64,000 nucleotides of DNA from Gammaproteobacteria bacterium (GTDB taxonomy: Bacteria > Pseudomonadota > Gammaproteobacteria > Eutrophobiales > Eutrophobiaceae). The notes under the pieces are model-generated. The model saw nothing but the letters and a program-made list of their open reading frames with translations, made no database searches and was not told where the DNA came from. The stretch is from positions 2,176,001 to 2,240,000 of the forward strand of contig OZ220696.1 of NCBI GenBank assembly GCA_965116495.1. Direction: 5' to 3'. The translations under genes were made by a program, and so were the position numbers. Each line of letters opens with the position of its first letter. The stretch's first letter is position 1. Below, in pieces: positions 30,067 to 38,742 of the stretch.

Positions 30067-31065
30067 TTACTGCTCTGACCAGGCATCGTCATCAGGACTG
30101 TAGATATAACACGGCTTAAACTTTCCCGCCTCCACGACGCAGATCTCCGTCAACCGCCTGACCCTCATGCTTTCCACGTAATCCATGTGCAAGAACAGGT
30201 CCAGGTTGTGCAGGTATTCGGCTTCAATAACCTTGAACGGCAGTGTTGAACGGCCCATGGTCAGGCTGACCAGGCGTTTGAGCGCCGATCCGGCATCGTT
30301 CGCGTGCAACGTCGTGTATACACCGCGATGTCCCGTATTCAACGCCTGGAAGAATACTTCTGCGGCATCCGGCTCCCTGATCTCCCCGACGATGATCCGG
30401 TCGGGCCGCTGGCGCAGGGACGTCGCCAGAAGTGTTGCCAGGGTCAGTGCCGGAGTATCCTCGGAATCATGCCGTTGCGCCTCCATGTGTATGACATTGG
30501 GGGCGTTCATCCTGATCTCCGCCACGTCTTCACAGACCACGATCCGCTCACGCTTCGGAATGGCAAAAGACAATGCATTCAGCAACGTGGTCTTGCCGCT
30601 GTTGGTGGCGCCCGATACCAGCAGGTTATCGCCGCGTTCCACGGCATCGAGCAACAAGTCCTTCATCGCCGTATTGATGGTATGGCTCTCCACCAGGTGT
30701 TCGAGGTCCAAACCGCGGCGCCGGTGCAGGCGAATCGACAGGGTGCAACCGCCAGGCGTGGCCGCCGGCAAGGTCGCACATAACCGGCTGCCGTCAGGCA
30801 GGCGCGCATTGATGACAGGCGTTGTCACCGGATCGAAGTATTGCGACAAGGCATTGGCAACCTGTTCAATCAGGGTAGCGACGGCAGCGTCATCACGGAA
30901 TAAAAACGCGGTTTTATACATGCCCTGATCCAGGTCGTCCGCCCAGATGTCGTCATAGCGGTTGACCATGACATTCGTCACCCGGTCGTTGTCCAGAAGG
31001 GGTTGGATGGGCGAGAGGTAGAACCTGACCAGTTCCCAATCAGCGCTGGTTAATGCGGTCAACAT
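30067..31065 (-). CDS. VirB11/CpaF/TadA family secretion ATPase
   Basis: ARLPDGSR, SGATNSGKTT, RQRPDRIIVGEIR, NTGH..TTLHAN. Confidence 0.92.
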   Translation of the reverse strand: MLTALTSADWELVRFYLSPIQPLLDNDRVTNVMVNRYDDIWADDLDQGMYKTAFLFRDDAAVATLIEQVANALSQYFDPVTTPVINARLPDGSRLCATLPAATPGGCTLSIRLHRRRGLDLEHLVESHTINTAMKDLLLDAVERGDNLLVSGATNSGKTTLLNALSFAIPKRERIVVCEDVAEIRMNAPNVIHMEAQRHDSEDTPALTLATLLATSLRQRPDRIIVGEIREPDAAEVFFQALNTGHRGVYTTLHANDAGSALKRLVSLTMGRSTLPFKVIEAEYLHNLDLFLHMDYVESMRVRRLTEICVVEAGKFKPCYIYSPDDDAWSEQ

Positions 31066-31242
31066 GATGATCCTTTATCCATATCCATACCTGTTTCCGT
31101 CAGTTCCCGCGTTAAGGTTTACGGGAACTTTTTCGTTATTGTAATCGATTCCGTCCATCCGTCATAGTGGACAGGGATTGTCCACTATCCAGCCACATAG
31201 ATGTGATTAGATGAGCCGCCCTCTGGGCGACATAGTATTTCA

Positions 31243-31269
31243 CTGGATTCCCGCATGCGCGGGAATGAC
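31243..31269. repeat. REP-like palindrome
   Basis: CTGGATTCCCGCATGCGCGGGAATGAC. Confidence 0.8.
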
Positions 31270-31353
31270 GAATGAGAATGTTTTCTGCTAGAATGCAAGA
31301 CTGATGGAAATAACTGGAGGAGACCGGCGTACGGAGTGCCGGCACACAGGAAT

Positions 31354-33048
31354 ATGGACGATTATCTACCCCGACTGGCAAGCTGGAGCGACCCCTGGTT
31401 CTGGCTGTGTTTTACCACCCTTCTTTATACGAATACCGTCATCGGCTTCTTCCCTCTCGCGTCGGACAGGGAGTTGACCGCGGCAGAGCACTTTTTAATG
31501 CACGCGCGGCGGCTCCTGCTGCTCATGTTCCTTGTTCTGTTCCCGGGCTTCCCATTGATCCTGTGGTTCCTGGCGACAAGCGTCACAGGCAGTGTCGCGG
31601 CCGCCAATAATATTGTGGATATAGTCATCATCAGCCGGGCCGGAAGGATGTGGGGGCTGGTAGCCGGCGGCCTGCTAGCCGGTCTGCTGACCCGGATCGT
31701 TTTCCTGCGCTACCTGTATCCGCGCTTCTCGTCCTGGTACATTTTCAGGCGGGTCTCGCAACGGGGCGACCAGGTATCCGATATACGGACCGAGGCCGAC
31801 CGCTACCGGGAAAAGAATTTTCGGCCCGGGAAATACTACAAGGCCGGGAAAATGTTTATCGGATTACGCCAGGATGACAAACCCCTGTACGTCGCAACGG
31901 AAGACTGGAAAAACTGGAACCAACGGATGGTAGGCGCTACCCAGACCGGCAAGGGTATCCTGTTCGGCGTGCAACTGGACCAGTCCGTACGTCAGGGGTT
32001 TTGTACGGTTTTCTTCGACGTGAAGCCGGACAGGCACGCACTGGGGATCATGAAAAAAGCCTGCAAAGAGACCGGCAGGCGGCTGGTCACCGTCGATTTC
32101 AACGGCGAACTCCCAGGGAAATGGTCGCCGTTCAGGACCGGCGCCGACCGAGAGATAAAGACCCGGCTGATGCAGGCCTATAACCTCGCAGAAAGAGGCG
32201 ACACGGCGGACTTCTACAAGATTGGTGAGCGGGAATTCCTTGAATCAGTTTTCGACAAGTGGAACAAGGAACTCATCGACCTGCCGAAACTGCTCAGGGA
32301 CTCGGCGAAACCACCACCCACCGTCACCAACCTGACCCGGGAGATGCTGGCTTTGTCCGCGCTGAAGCCGGGACGCAGCAAGGGGGTCGATATAGAACGT
32401 GTGCTGCGGGAAAACGCGGTACTCTACGTGCGTTCGTCTGCCACGGACCCGGTTGTCAAACGCGCCACCCAGGTATTCCTGTTATGCCTCCTGCAGGCCA
32501 CGACGCGCATGTATCGGCGCCGGGAACGATCCAGCCACCTGTTCATCGGCATAGACGAGGTGAAGTTCCTGGCTACCGATATCCTGGGGGACATGCTGGC
32601 GACCATCACGGGGTTCGATTGCCACCTCGCCATCGCCTACCAGAGCCTGGGCGACCTGAAATCCGTCAACAAACGACTGGTCAACGTGGAAGCCCTGGAG
32701 TTCAGCGTGGAGAACAACTGCAAAATGTCCCTGTACTACCAGCCCAACGACTTCGAGACAGCCGAATACGCCGCCCGGCAAAGCGGCACGAAACAGGCCA
32801 GCCGCTACCGCATGAACGTGGATATCAACAAAGCGGGCGGCGAGGTATACGCCGAGAGAAACCTGATCACCCAGGAAGAGGTGTACTACATCCACCCGAA
32901 TACCCTGATGATGCTGCCGTCCAGGGTGGCCATGGCAAAGATGCCGGGCAGACTGGCCGAGATCATCCACACAGCCTGGGTGGCCGTGGAGCCTGCTTAC
33001 CTGGACCCCCCTTGTCATTCCCGCGAAAGCGGGAACCCAGTCAATTAA
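31354..33048 (+). CDS. Type IV coupling protein-like ATPase (VirD4/TraD family)
   Basis: Three N-terminal TM segments, Walker A GATQTGKG, Walker B IGIDEV, AYQSLGDL, DFETAEYAARQSG. Confidence 0.82.
   Translation: MDDYLPRLASWSDPWFWLCFTTLLYTNTVIGFFPLASDRELTAAEHFLMHARRLLLLMFLVLFPGFPLILWFLATSVTGSVAAANNIVDIVIISRAGRMWGLVAGGLLAGLLTRIVFLRYLYPRFSSWYIFRRVSQRGDQVSDIRTEADRYREKNFRPGKYYKAGKMFIGLRQDDKPLYVATEDWKNWNQRMVGATQTGKGILFGVQLDQSVRQGFCTVFFDVKPDRHALGIMKKACKETGRRLVTVDFNGELPGKWSPFRTGADREIKTRLMQAYNLAERGDTADFYKIGEREFLESVFDKWNKELIDLPKLLRDSAKPPPTVTNLTREMLALSALKPGRSKGVDIERVLRENAVLYVRSSATDPVVKRATQVFLLCLLQATTRMYRRRERSSHLFIGIDEVKFLATDILGDMLATITGFDCHLAIAYQSLGDLKSVNKRLVNVEALEFSVENNCKMSLYYQPNDFETAEYAARQSGTKQASRYRMNVDINKAGGEVYAERNLITQEEVYYIHPNTLMMLPSRVAMAKMPGRLAEIIHTAWVAVEPAYLDPPCHSRESGNPVN
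33013..33041. repeat. REP-like palindrome translated as the C-terminus of the coupling protein
   Basis: TGTCATTCCCGCGAAAGCGGGAACCCAGT reads CHSRESGNP. Confidence 0.8.
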
Positions 33049-33072
33049 ACAATCGCCGAAGGCGATCCTCAA

Positions 33073-33420
33073 TTAACGGGGAACAGACCTGGGGCCTGTC
33101 CCCGGCGCGATGACCCCCGGCGCACCCTCCCACTTGCGCGGCGCCCCGTTCGCCACCGCCCGGGCCAGTTTCGGCGTACCCGTCGGACACTTGTTCAGGA
33201 ACCTCAACCGCGCGGCAAATGTCGCCGGCCAGGTGAATTTCTTGATGGCAAAATAATGGGACAACGCCGGGTTACACGCCCCGGGACGCGCCGGTGAGGA
33301 CAGGCAAAGCAGGGCTTCACAGGACAGGCGCGTAACACCCGTTAACAGGTCGGCGCCGGGAACCGCCCGTCCCTGGCCAAGGATCAACAACAGGAACACC
33401 ATGTAACACATCCGTTTCAT
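33073..33420 (-). CDS. TrbM/KikA family conjugal transfer protein
   Basis: Signal peptide plus LTGVTRLSCEALLCLSS..ACNPALSHYF..ARLRFLNKCP four-Cys pattern. Confidence 0.8.
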   Translation of the reverse strand: MKRMCYMVFLLLILGQGRAVPGADLLTGVTRLSCEALLCLSSPARPGACNPALSHYFAIKKFTWPATFAARLRFLNKCPTGTPKLARAVANGAPRKWEGAPGVIAPGTGPRSVPR

Positions 33421-33506
33421 TTCCTATACTCCTTTTTGATGACCGGGGACAGACCCCCGGAGATAAACAGCGATCAAATAATAGCGCAAAACAACACTTC
33501 CCCTAT

Positions 33507-33535
33507 AAAAAAAGGCGATCAAAAGATCGCCTTTT
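33507..33535 (-). terminator. Intrinsic terminator (possibly bidirectional)
   Basis: AAAAGGCGATC-aaaa-GATCGCCTTTT hairpin with a T-run on the minus strand, just after stop 33543. Confidence 0.7.
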
Positions 33536-33542
33536 CCGCCGG

Positions 33543-33914
33543 TCAGTTCCAACCTGCTGCAAGCGCGACAGGCATGTCGCGTTGCGGTTGGACGCGGCGA
33601 AGGTGACGCACCGGTTCCAGGAATGCCTGGCAGACAGCTATTTTCTCGAAGCTGTCGAAATTATTGACCGCCTCATGGTAGTCAATAATGACAGAAGAGT
33701 AATAGCCTTCCTCCGCATCCTCGATACGGACTTCGGCAACGTAGAAGGGAGCACCAAATCCTGCGACCTCAAAGGTCAGGTTCCGGTACTTGTCGGTAAC
33801 CAGTTCACCTGTTTGGACTTCGCCGTCCCTGACTATCGTATACCAGCCATCTTCACTTTTCTCTGCCTTAACAGCAGAGTCAATACCAGCAATGAGTTGA
33901 TAATCAACGCTCAT
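33543..33914 (-). CDS. Hypothetical protein
   Basis: Acidic 123-aa ORF with GAGGT RBS and a downstream terminator. Confidence 0.55.
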   Translation of the reverse strand: MSVDYQLIAGIDSAVKAEKSEDGWYTIVRDGEVQTGELVTDKYRNLTFEVAGFGAPFYVAEVRIEDAEEGYYSSVIIDYHEAVNNFDSFEKIAVCQAFLEPVRHLRRVQPQRDMPVALAAGWN

Positions 33915-34068
33915 GATCGCTACCTCAAGAGTTAGTTTCAAGGGTAGGCAATCCGCAACTATCCGGGGGACCCGGATAAATCCGGGTCGCCCGTTTACTC
34001 ACTTTCAAGTATAGCTGAACGGGCCGGCCAGTCCAACAAAAGACAGTATTTATTTGCCCTCCCCGTTC

Positions 34069-34096
34069 GTCATTCCGGCGAAAGCCGGAATCCAGT
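34069..34096. repeat. REP-like palindrome
   Basis: GTCATTCCGGCGAAAGCCGGAATCCAGT. Confidence 0.8.
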
Positions 34097-34254
34097 AGAC
34101 CAAGAGTCACCTTTTGGGCGACACATCTGCTTACATCCCTGTGACTGGGTACCGGCCATTCCCTGGCCGGTATGACAGCCGGGTCAAGTCCGGCATGACG
34201 GCGGGTATGGCATTCATTGCTCCCTTTTCGTCGGGTTCCTGTTATATTGGCGAT

Positions 34255-35745
34255 ATGAAACAGGCAAAACTACAGCGTTTCGGAGAACTGCCGGAGCGCG
34301 CCCGGTTCGATGCGCTGGATCACTGGGTCATCGTCATAAGAGAACCGGAGGGAAAGCGGGGATGGCCGCACTTTCCTTACCGCGATGTCCTGCAAAAACG
34401 CCATCAACGGCTGCGCCGGAACGCCGATGACAGCTCGCCGCCGCTGCTCACCGACCTGCCCAATGACAGGGCCGGGCGCGTCGCGATGTCCACCATCAAG
34501 CCGGACTTGTCCACCTTCGAGTTGCTCAGCCTGGCGCGCAAACTGGTGGACGGCCACCATGACTACCGTACAACCGAACTGGGCATCGCTGTCATCGGCT
34601 TTTCCGCGAAACAGTCCGCGCGGGTGGCGGAAGCCCTGCTGGCGGCCGCGTTGGCGGCTGACGCGGAAATGCCGGACTATCACAGCAAACGCAAAGACCA
34701 CAGTAGGCTTGAACAGGTCCACCTGTACGGCGTGCCGGAAAAATACGGGTTTGAGCGCACCTTCGCGGAAGACGAGGGCAATGCCCTGGCGCGCTACCTG
34801 ACCGCCCTGCCCCAGAATGAACTGACCCCGGCGCTGTATCGCAAGCATATCGCCGGGTTAGCCAAAGAATTCGGCTGGAAAAGCCAGTTCTTCAGCATTA
34901 ACCAACTGGAGAAGAAAAAGGCCGGCGCGTTTCTGGCTGTCGCACAGGGAAGTCCCGACAAAGACGGGGGGATAGTGCGCCTGCGTTATGTGCCCGACGA
35001 ACCCGAATCCAACGACGCCCTGTCCCTGGTGGGCAAGGGCATCTGTTTCGACACCGGCGGCGTCAACCTGAAACCCCATAACTACATGATGGGCATGCAC
35101 GAGGACATGGAAGGCAGCGCGGTGGCGCTTGGCGCCCTGGCGGCGCTGACCCGGCTCAAGGCGCCGTTTCCGGTTGAATGCTGGCTGGCGATCTGCACCA
35201 ACCACATCGGCCCGGACGCCTACAACCCCGGCGATATAGTAACCGCCGTTGACGGCACCACTATCGAGATCGTCCACACCGATGCCGAGGGCAGGATGGT
35301 GCTGGCGGACACCCTGGCGTTCGCCTCCCGCAGCAAACCGAAACTGATTATCGACTACGCCACCCTGACCGGGGCCTGCGTCTACGCCATCGGCAAGACC
35401 TACAGTGGCGTGTTCACCAACAAGGCCAACTTTCTACCCGTCATGGTCAAGGCGGGGGTAAACAGCGGCGAGCGGGTCTGGCCGTTTCCCATGGACGAGG
35501 ACTACGACAAGGCCCTGGAGAGCAAGTTCGCCGACACCAAGCAGTGCAGTAGCGACCCCGGCGTGGACCATATCCTCGGTGCGCGCTTCCTGCAACGGTT
35601 CGTCAAGCACGACTGCCCGTGGATCCATGTAGACCTCTCCGCCGGCAACAACAAGGGCGGCCTGGCACACGTTCCCACCGACACCACGGGCTTCGGTGTG
35701 CGGTTTACCCTGAACCTGCTACTGGACCAGAAACTGATGAAATAA
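34255..35745 (+). CDS. M17 leucyl aminopeptidase family protein
   Basis: VGKGICFDTGG..DMEG, HTDAEGRMVLAD, ATLTGA. Confidence 0.93.
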   Translation: MKQAKLQRFGELPERARFDALDHWVIVIREPEGKRGWPHFPYRDVLQKRHQRLRRNADDSSPPLLTDLPNDRAGRVAMSTIKPDLSTFELLSLARKLVDGHHDYRTTELGIAVIGFSAKQSARVAEALLAAALAADAEMPDYHSKRKDHSRLEQVHLYGVPEKYGFERTFAEDEGNALARYLTALPQNELTPALYRKHIAGLAKEFGWKSQFFSINQLEKKKAGAFLAVAQGSPDKDGGIVRLRYVPDEPESNDALSLVGKGICFDTGGVNLKPHNYMMGMHEDMEGSAVALGALAALTRLKAPFPVECWLAICTNHIGPDAYNPGDIVTAVDGTTIEIVHTDAEGRMVLADTLAFASRSKPKLIIDYATLTGACVYAIGKTYSGVFTNKANFLPVMVKAGVNSGERVWPFPMDEDYDKALESKFADTKQCSSDPGVDHILGARFLQRFVKHDCPWIHVDLSAGNNKGGLAHVPTDTTGFGVRFTLNLLLDQKLMK

Positions 35746-35760
35746 CCGGCGCGCTCTGTC

Positions 35761-35848
35761 CGTCATTCCCGCGCCCGTTCGTCATTCCGGCGAAAGCCGG
35801 AACCCAGGCCAATTTTTTTACTGGATTCCCGCGTATACGGGAATGACG
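35761..35848. repeat. Cluster of REP-like palindromes between convergent genes
   Basis: Partial, forward and inverted GTCATTCC..GGAATCCAG-type copies. Confidence 0.8.
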
Positions 35849-35867
35849 AACAAAGAAAGACAGCCTA

Positions 35868-36314
35868 CTACCAGACTCCAACGTTCTCAGCCGATGCCCA
35901 CGGCTCCTGTGGCGCTCTCGCCCCACCCTTCTGCAACAGTTCAATGGAGATATTATCCGGCGTACGCAGGAACGCCATGTGACCGTCCCGCGGCGGCCGG
36001 TTGATGGTAACGCCGCTGTCCGCAATCTTCTGGCAGGTGGCATAGATATCATCCACCTCGAAAGCGACGTGACCGAAGTTGCGCCCGCCGGCGTACTCTT
36101 CCGGGTCCCAGTTATAGGTTAACTCCAGCACCGGCGCGGGCTGGCCCGGCCCCTCCATCCCGTCCACGTCACCGGAGGCGGCCAGGAACACCAGGGTAAA
36201 ACGTCCCTTCTCGCTCTCCATTCGTTTCACTTCCTGCATGCCCATGACGTCACAGAAAAAAGACATGGTCTTGTCCAGGTCGGAGACCCGGAGCATGGTG
36301 TGTAGATATCGCAT
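35868..36314 (-). CDS. gloA: Lactoylglutathione lyase (glyoxalase I)
   Basis: [42 protein letters not shown]. Confidence 0.85.
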   Translation of the reverse strand: MRYLHTMLRVSDLDKTMSFFCDVMGMQEVKRMESEKGRFTLVFLAASGDVDGMEGPGQPAPVLELTYNWDPEEYAGGRNFGHVAFEVDDIYATCQKIADSGVTINRPPRDGHMAFLRTPDNISIELLQKGGARAPQEPWASAENVGVW

Positions 36315-36349
36315 TGGTTTTCTCCTTTATCGGGGGTTGTTTATCTCAC

Positions 36350-36407
36350 GTCATTCCGGTTTAAGTTTATCCCTGCGAAAGCAGGGACCGGAATCCACTA
36401 TTTGAAT
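36350..36407. repeat. REP-like element at the left edge of the defence island
   Basis: GTCATTCCGG...CCGGAATCCA with an inner CCCTGCGAAAGCAGGG hairpin. Confidence 0.65.
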
Positions 36408-36413
36408 CATGTT

Positions 36414-37619
36414 TTAGCCGACGCCGGCCATCGCTGAAGCCTTAATCTGCGTGACCGAAAGTCTATTAAGCGCATTGTCTATCAAGTTTACCGCATCATC
36501 AATATCTGCGTCTGTCGTGTCAAAGCCGAGACTGAATCGGATGGATGCTTCGGCATCTTCAGGGGATAGACCTATGGCTTTGAGAACGTGGGAAGGTTCC
36601 GGAATCCCGGATGTGCAGGCCGACCCGGTAGAAGCGGCAAGATGGGGCTGAAGCACCTGCAGAATATCCTGGGCGTAGAAACCTTCGAAGCAAATATTGG
36701 CATTGCCGGGGTGGCGGGATTCTTCGGTGGGGCCGTTCAATCGGATGGACCAGGGCAAGTCCGCCAATTTTTCGAGGAGGCGATCCCGTCTTTGACGCAG
36801 GAAGGTACGCTTTTGCCTCGACTCAGTACTACTCAGAAGTTCGGCAGCCGCACCCATGCCTACGCACAAAGCCGTAGGAACGGTGCCTGCGCGCAAACCG
36901 TTCTGTTGTCCACCCCCGTAGATAAGCGGTTCCAGGCGATCCTGCAACTCCCGGCGGATGTAGAGCGTGCCGATACCTTTCGGTCCGTACATCTTGTGGG
37001 CGGACAGACTCAACATGTCTACATGCTCGGCAACTCCCCGTATATCCATGGAAACGGGAGCCTGGGCGGCATCGCAATGAAATATGGCGCCTGCGTTTCT
37101 CACGAGTTCAGAAATTTCTTGGATGTCCTGTATTGTGCCAATTTCATTATTCACCGCCATGATGGAAACGGCGAGTACGTCTTCATCCAAGGCATCTTCC
37201 AGTGACGCCAACAGGACGCGGCCTTCCCTGTCGACGGTTAGATGCTCTACAGGAAGACCATGCTGGTCGGAAATTACCCGTCCGGCTGCAAGCACGCACT
37301 TGTGCTCAATCTCGCTGAGGATAAAACGTCTCCTTCTGCTTAATGAGCGAACGCGACGGGCAAGCCCAAGCAGGGCCATGTTGTTCGCTTCAGTGGCGCC
37401 TGACGTGAAAATGATCTCATCAGGGTCGGCGCCAATCAAAGCTGCGACTTGCGCTGCCGCCTGCTCCACGGCAAGAGAACTTTTCCAACCGAGTGTGTGG
37501 TCTGCTGAATGGGGGTTGCCGAAGGATTCCCTGAAATACGGCAGCATCCGGTCCAGGATCTGTTGATCGACGGGTGTGGTCGCCTGGTGATCCAGATAGA
37601 TGGTTTCTGAAATCCTCAT
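36414..37619 (-). CDS. sspA: Cysteine desulfurase (SspA/DndA/IscS-like)
   Basis: YLDHQATTP, FTSGATEANN, SAHKMYGPKG, STGSAC; divergent from the sspBCD-like genes with no isc/suf neighbours. Confidence 0.85.
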   Translation of the reverse strand: MRISETIYLDHQATTPVDQQILDRMLPYFRESFGNPHSADHTLGWKSSLAVEQAAAQVAALIGADPDEIIFTSGATEANNMALLGLARRVRSLSRRRRFILSEIEHKCVLAAGRVISDQHGLPVEHLTVDREGRVLLASLEDALDEDVLAVSIMAVNNEIGTIQDIQEISELVRNAGAIFHCDAAQAPVSMDIRGVAEHVDMLSLSAHKMYGPKGIGTLYIRRELQDRLEPLIYGGGQQNGLRAGTVPTALCVGMGAAAELLSSTESRQKRTFLRQRRDRLLEKLADLPWSIRLNGPTEESRHPGNANICFEGFYAQDILQVLQPHLAASTGSACTSGIPEPSHVLKAIGLSPEDAEASIRFSLGFDTTDADIDDAVNLIDNALNRLSVTQIKASAMAGVG

Positions 37620-37774
37620 TAATTTCAATCAGATATAAGAAAAAACCCCAAGCCGATAAAGTTTCTGACTTTGTTGCTGAAATATGCAAAAAAACGATAA
37701 CGTACGGATTGACTATAGCATACTCAATACATTAAAATCGAACTGGAGTTGTACTCCAGGAAGGAAATAGACTT

Positions 37775-38740
37775 ATGCCATATAAGCCACTGCTTGAAGC
37801 AAATTATCGCCCGTCATTCTCGGGACATGAGACCTTTCCCCTACGCTACGGATGGCTGAAAAAAGCATTCGACCGCGTTGCCGAAACTGAGCATTACTAT
37901 CATAATAAATCCCTGTGTTGGGCCGAAGACGCCATCGCACGCTTCGGTGTCGGAAAAAATATGGTTGCCTCCATACGCCATTGGGCAACAAGTTGTGATA
38001 TTATTGAAGAACCTGATAAGGAAGATTCAGTCAAAACGACAACACTTGGACAAAAGCTTTTTGGAAACAATGGGATAAAAGGGATTGACCCATATATGGA
38101 ACACCCCGCCACACTCTGGCTCATCCATTGGAAGTTGGCCGCCCAACCGAAGAAAACAACCTGGTTCTGGGCTTTCGGCCATTATCCGGCAGTTACCTTT
38201 TCCCGTAACCAATTCGTGCAAAAAATCGGGCGTCTTGCAAAGGATCGCGTGTGGCGTGTCTCAAATACGACTATCAAAAATGACGTTGCCTGTTTTATCC
38301 GGACTTATGCAGCACGGCAAGCAACGGGAAGAACCGGCCATGATGATGCACTGGAATCACCGCTGACGGAATTGGGATTGATCAAAACCGTAGGAGAAAA
38401 AGACGGATTTCGTTTTATGCGCGGCCCCAAAGCAACCCTCACTGACGGCGTGTTTGTATATGCCCTGCTGGATTTCTGGTCGCGCTACTCTGATGCCAAC
38501 ACATTGTCATTTGAAGCTCTTACTTACGAACCAGGCGGACCGGGGCGCGTGTTTGCCCTGGAAGAGAATGATGTAGTCGATCGCTTGACGGCGCTCGAAG
38601 ATATAACGAGTGGGAAGTTGCGATGGTCTGAGGCCGCCGGTTTGAAACAGGTGGTCCGCAATATTGATATCGACGAAGAAACAAAACTCCAATACCTGTT
38701 TTCCGATTATGACAGTTCAACCGTAGAGGGAACAAATTAG
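37775..38740 (+). CDS. sspB: DUF4007 protein (SspB-like nickase)
   Basis: FSGHETFPLRYGWLKK, GVGKNMVASIRHW, DPYME..LWLIHWKL, LESPLTELGLI. Confidence 0.88.
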   Translation: MPYKPLLEANYRPSFSGHETFPLRYGWLKKAFDRVAETEHYYHNKSLCWAEDAIARFGVGKNMVASIRHWATSCDIIEEPDKEDSVKTTTLGQKLFGNNGIKGIDPYMEHPATLWLIHWKLAAQPKKTTWFWAFGHYPAVTFSRNQFVQKIGRLAKDRVWRVSNTTIKNDVACFIRTYAARQATGRTGHDDALESPLTELGLIKTVGEKDGFRFMRGPKATLTDGVFVYALLDFWSRYSDANTLSFEALTYEPGGPGRVFALEENDVVDRLTALEDITSGKLRWSEAAGLKQVVRNIDIDEETKLQYLFSDYDSSTVEGTN

Positions 38741-38742
38741 TA

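Noticed and set aside
32259-33113. 284-aa overlapping ORF
   Set aside because: Alternative frame within the coupling-protein gene, Arg/Pro/Gly-rich, no motifs
30067-33420. Intact conjugative element or Tad pilus locus
   Set aside because: No relaxase, VirB4, channel, pilin or TadB/C genes
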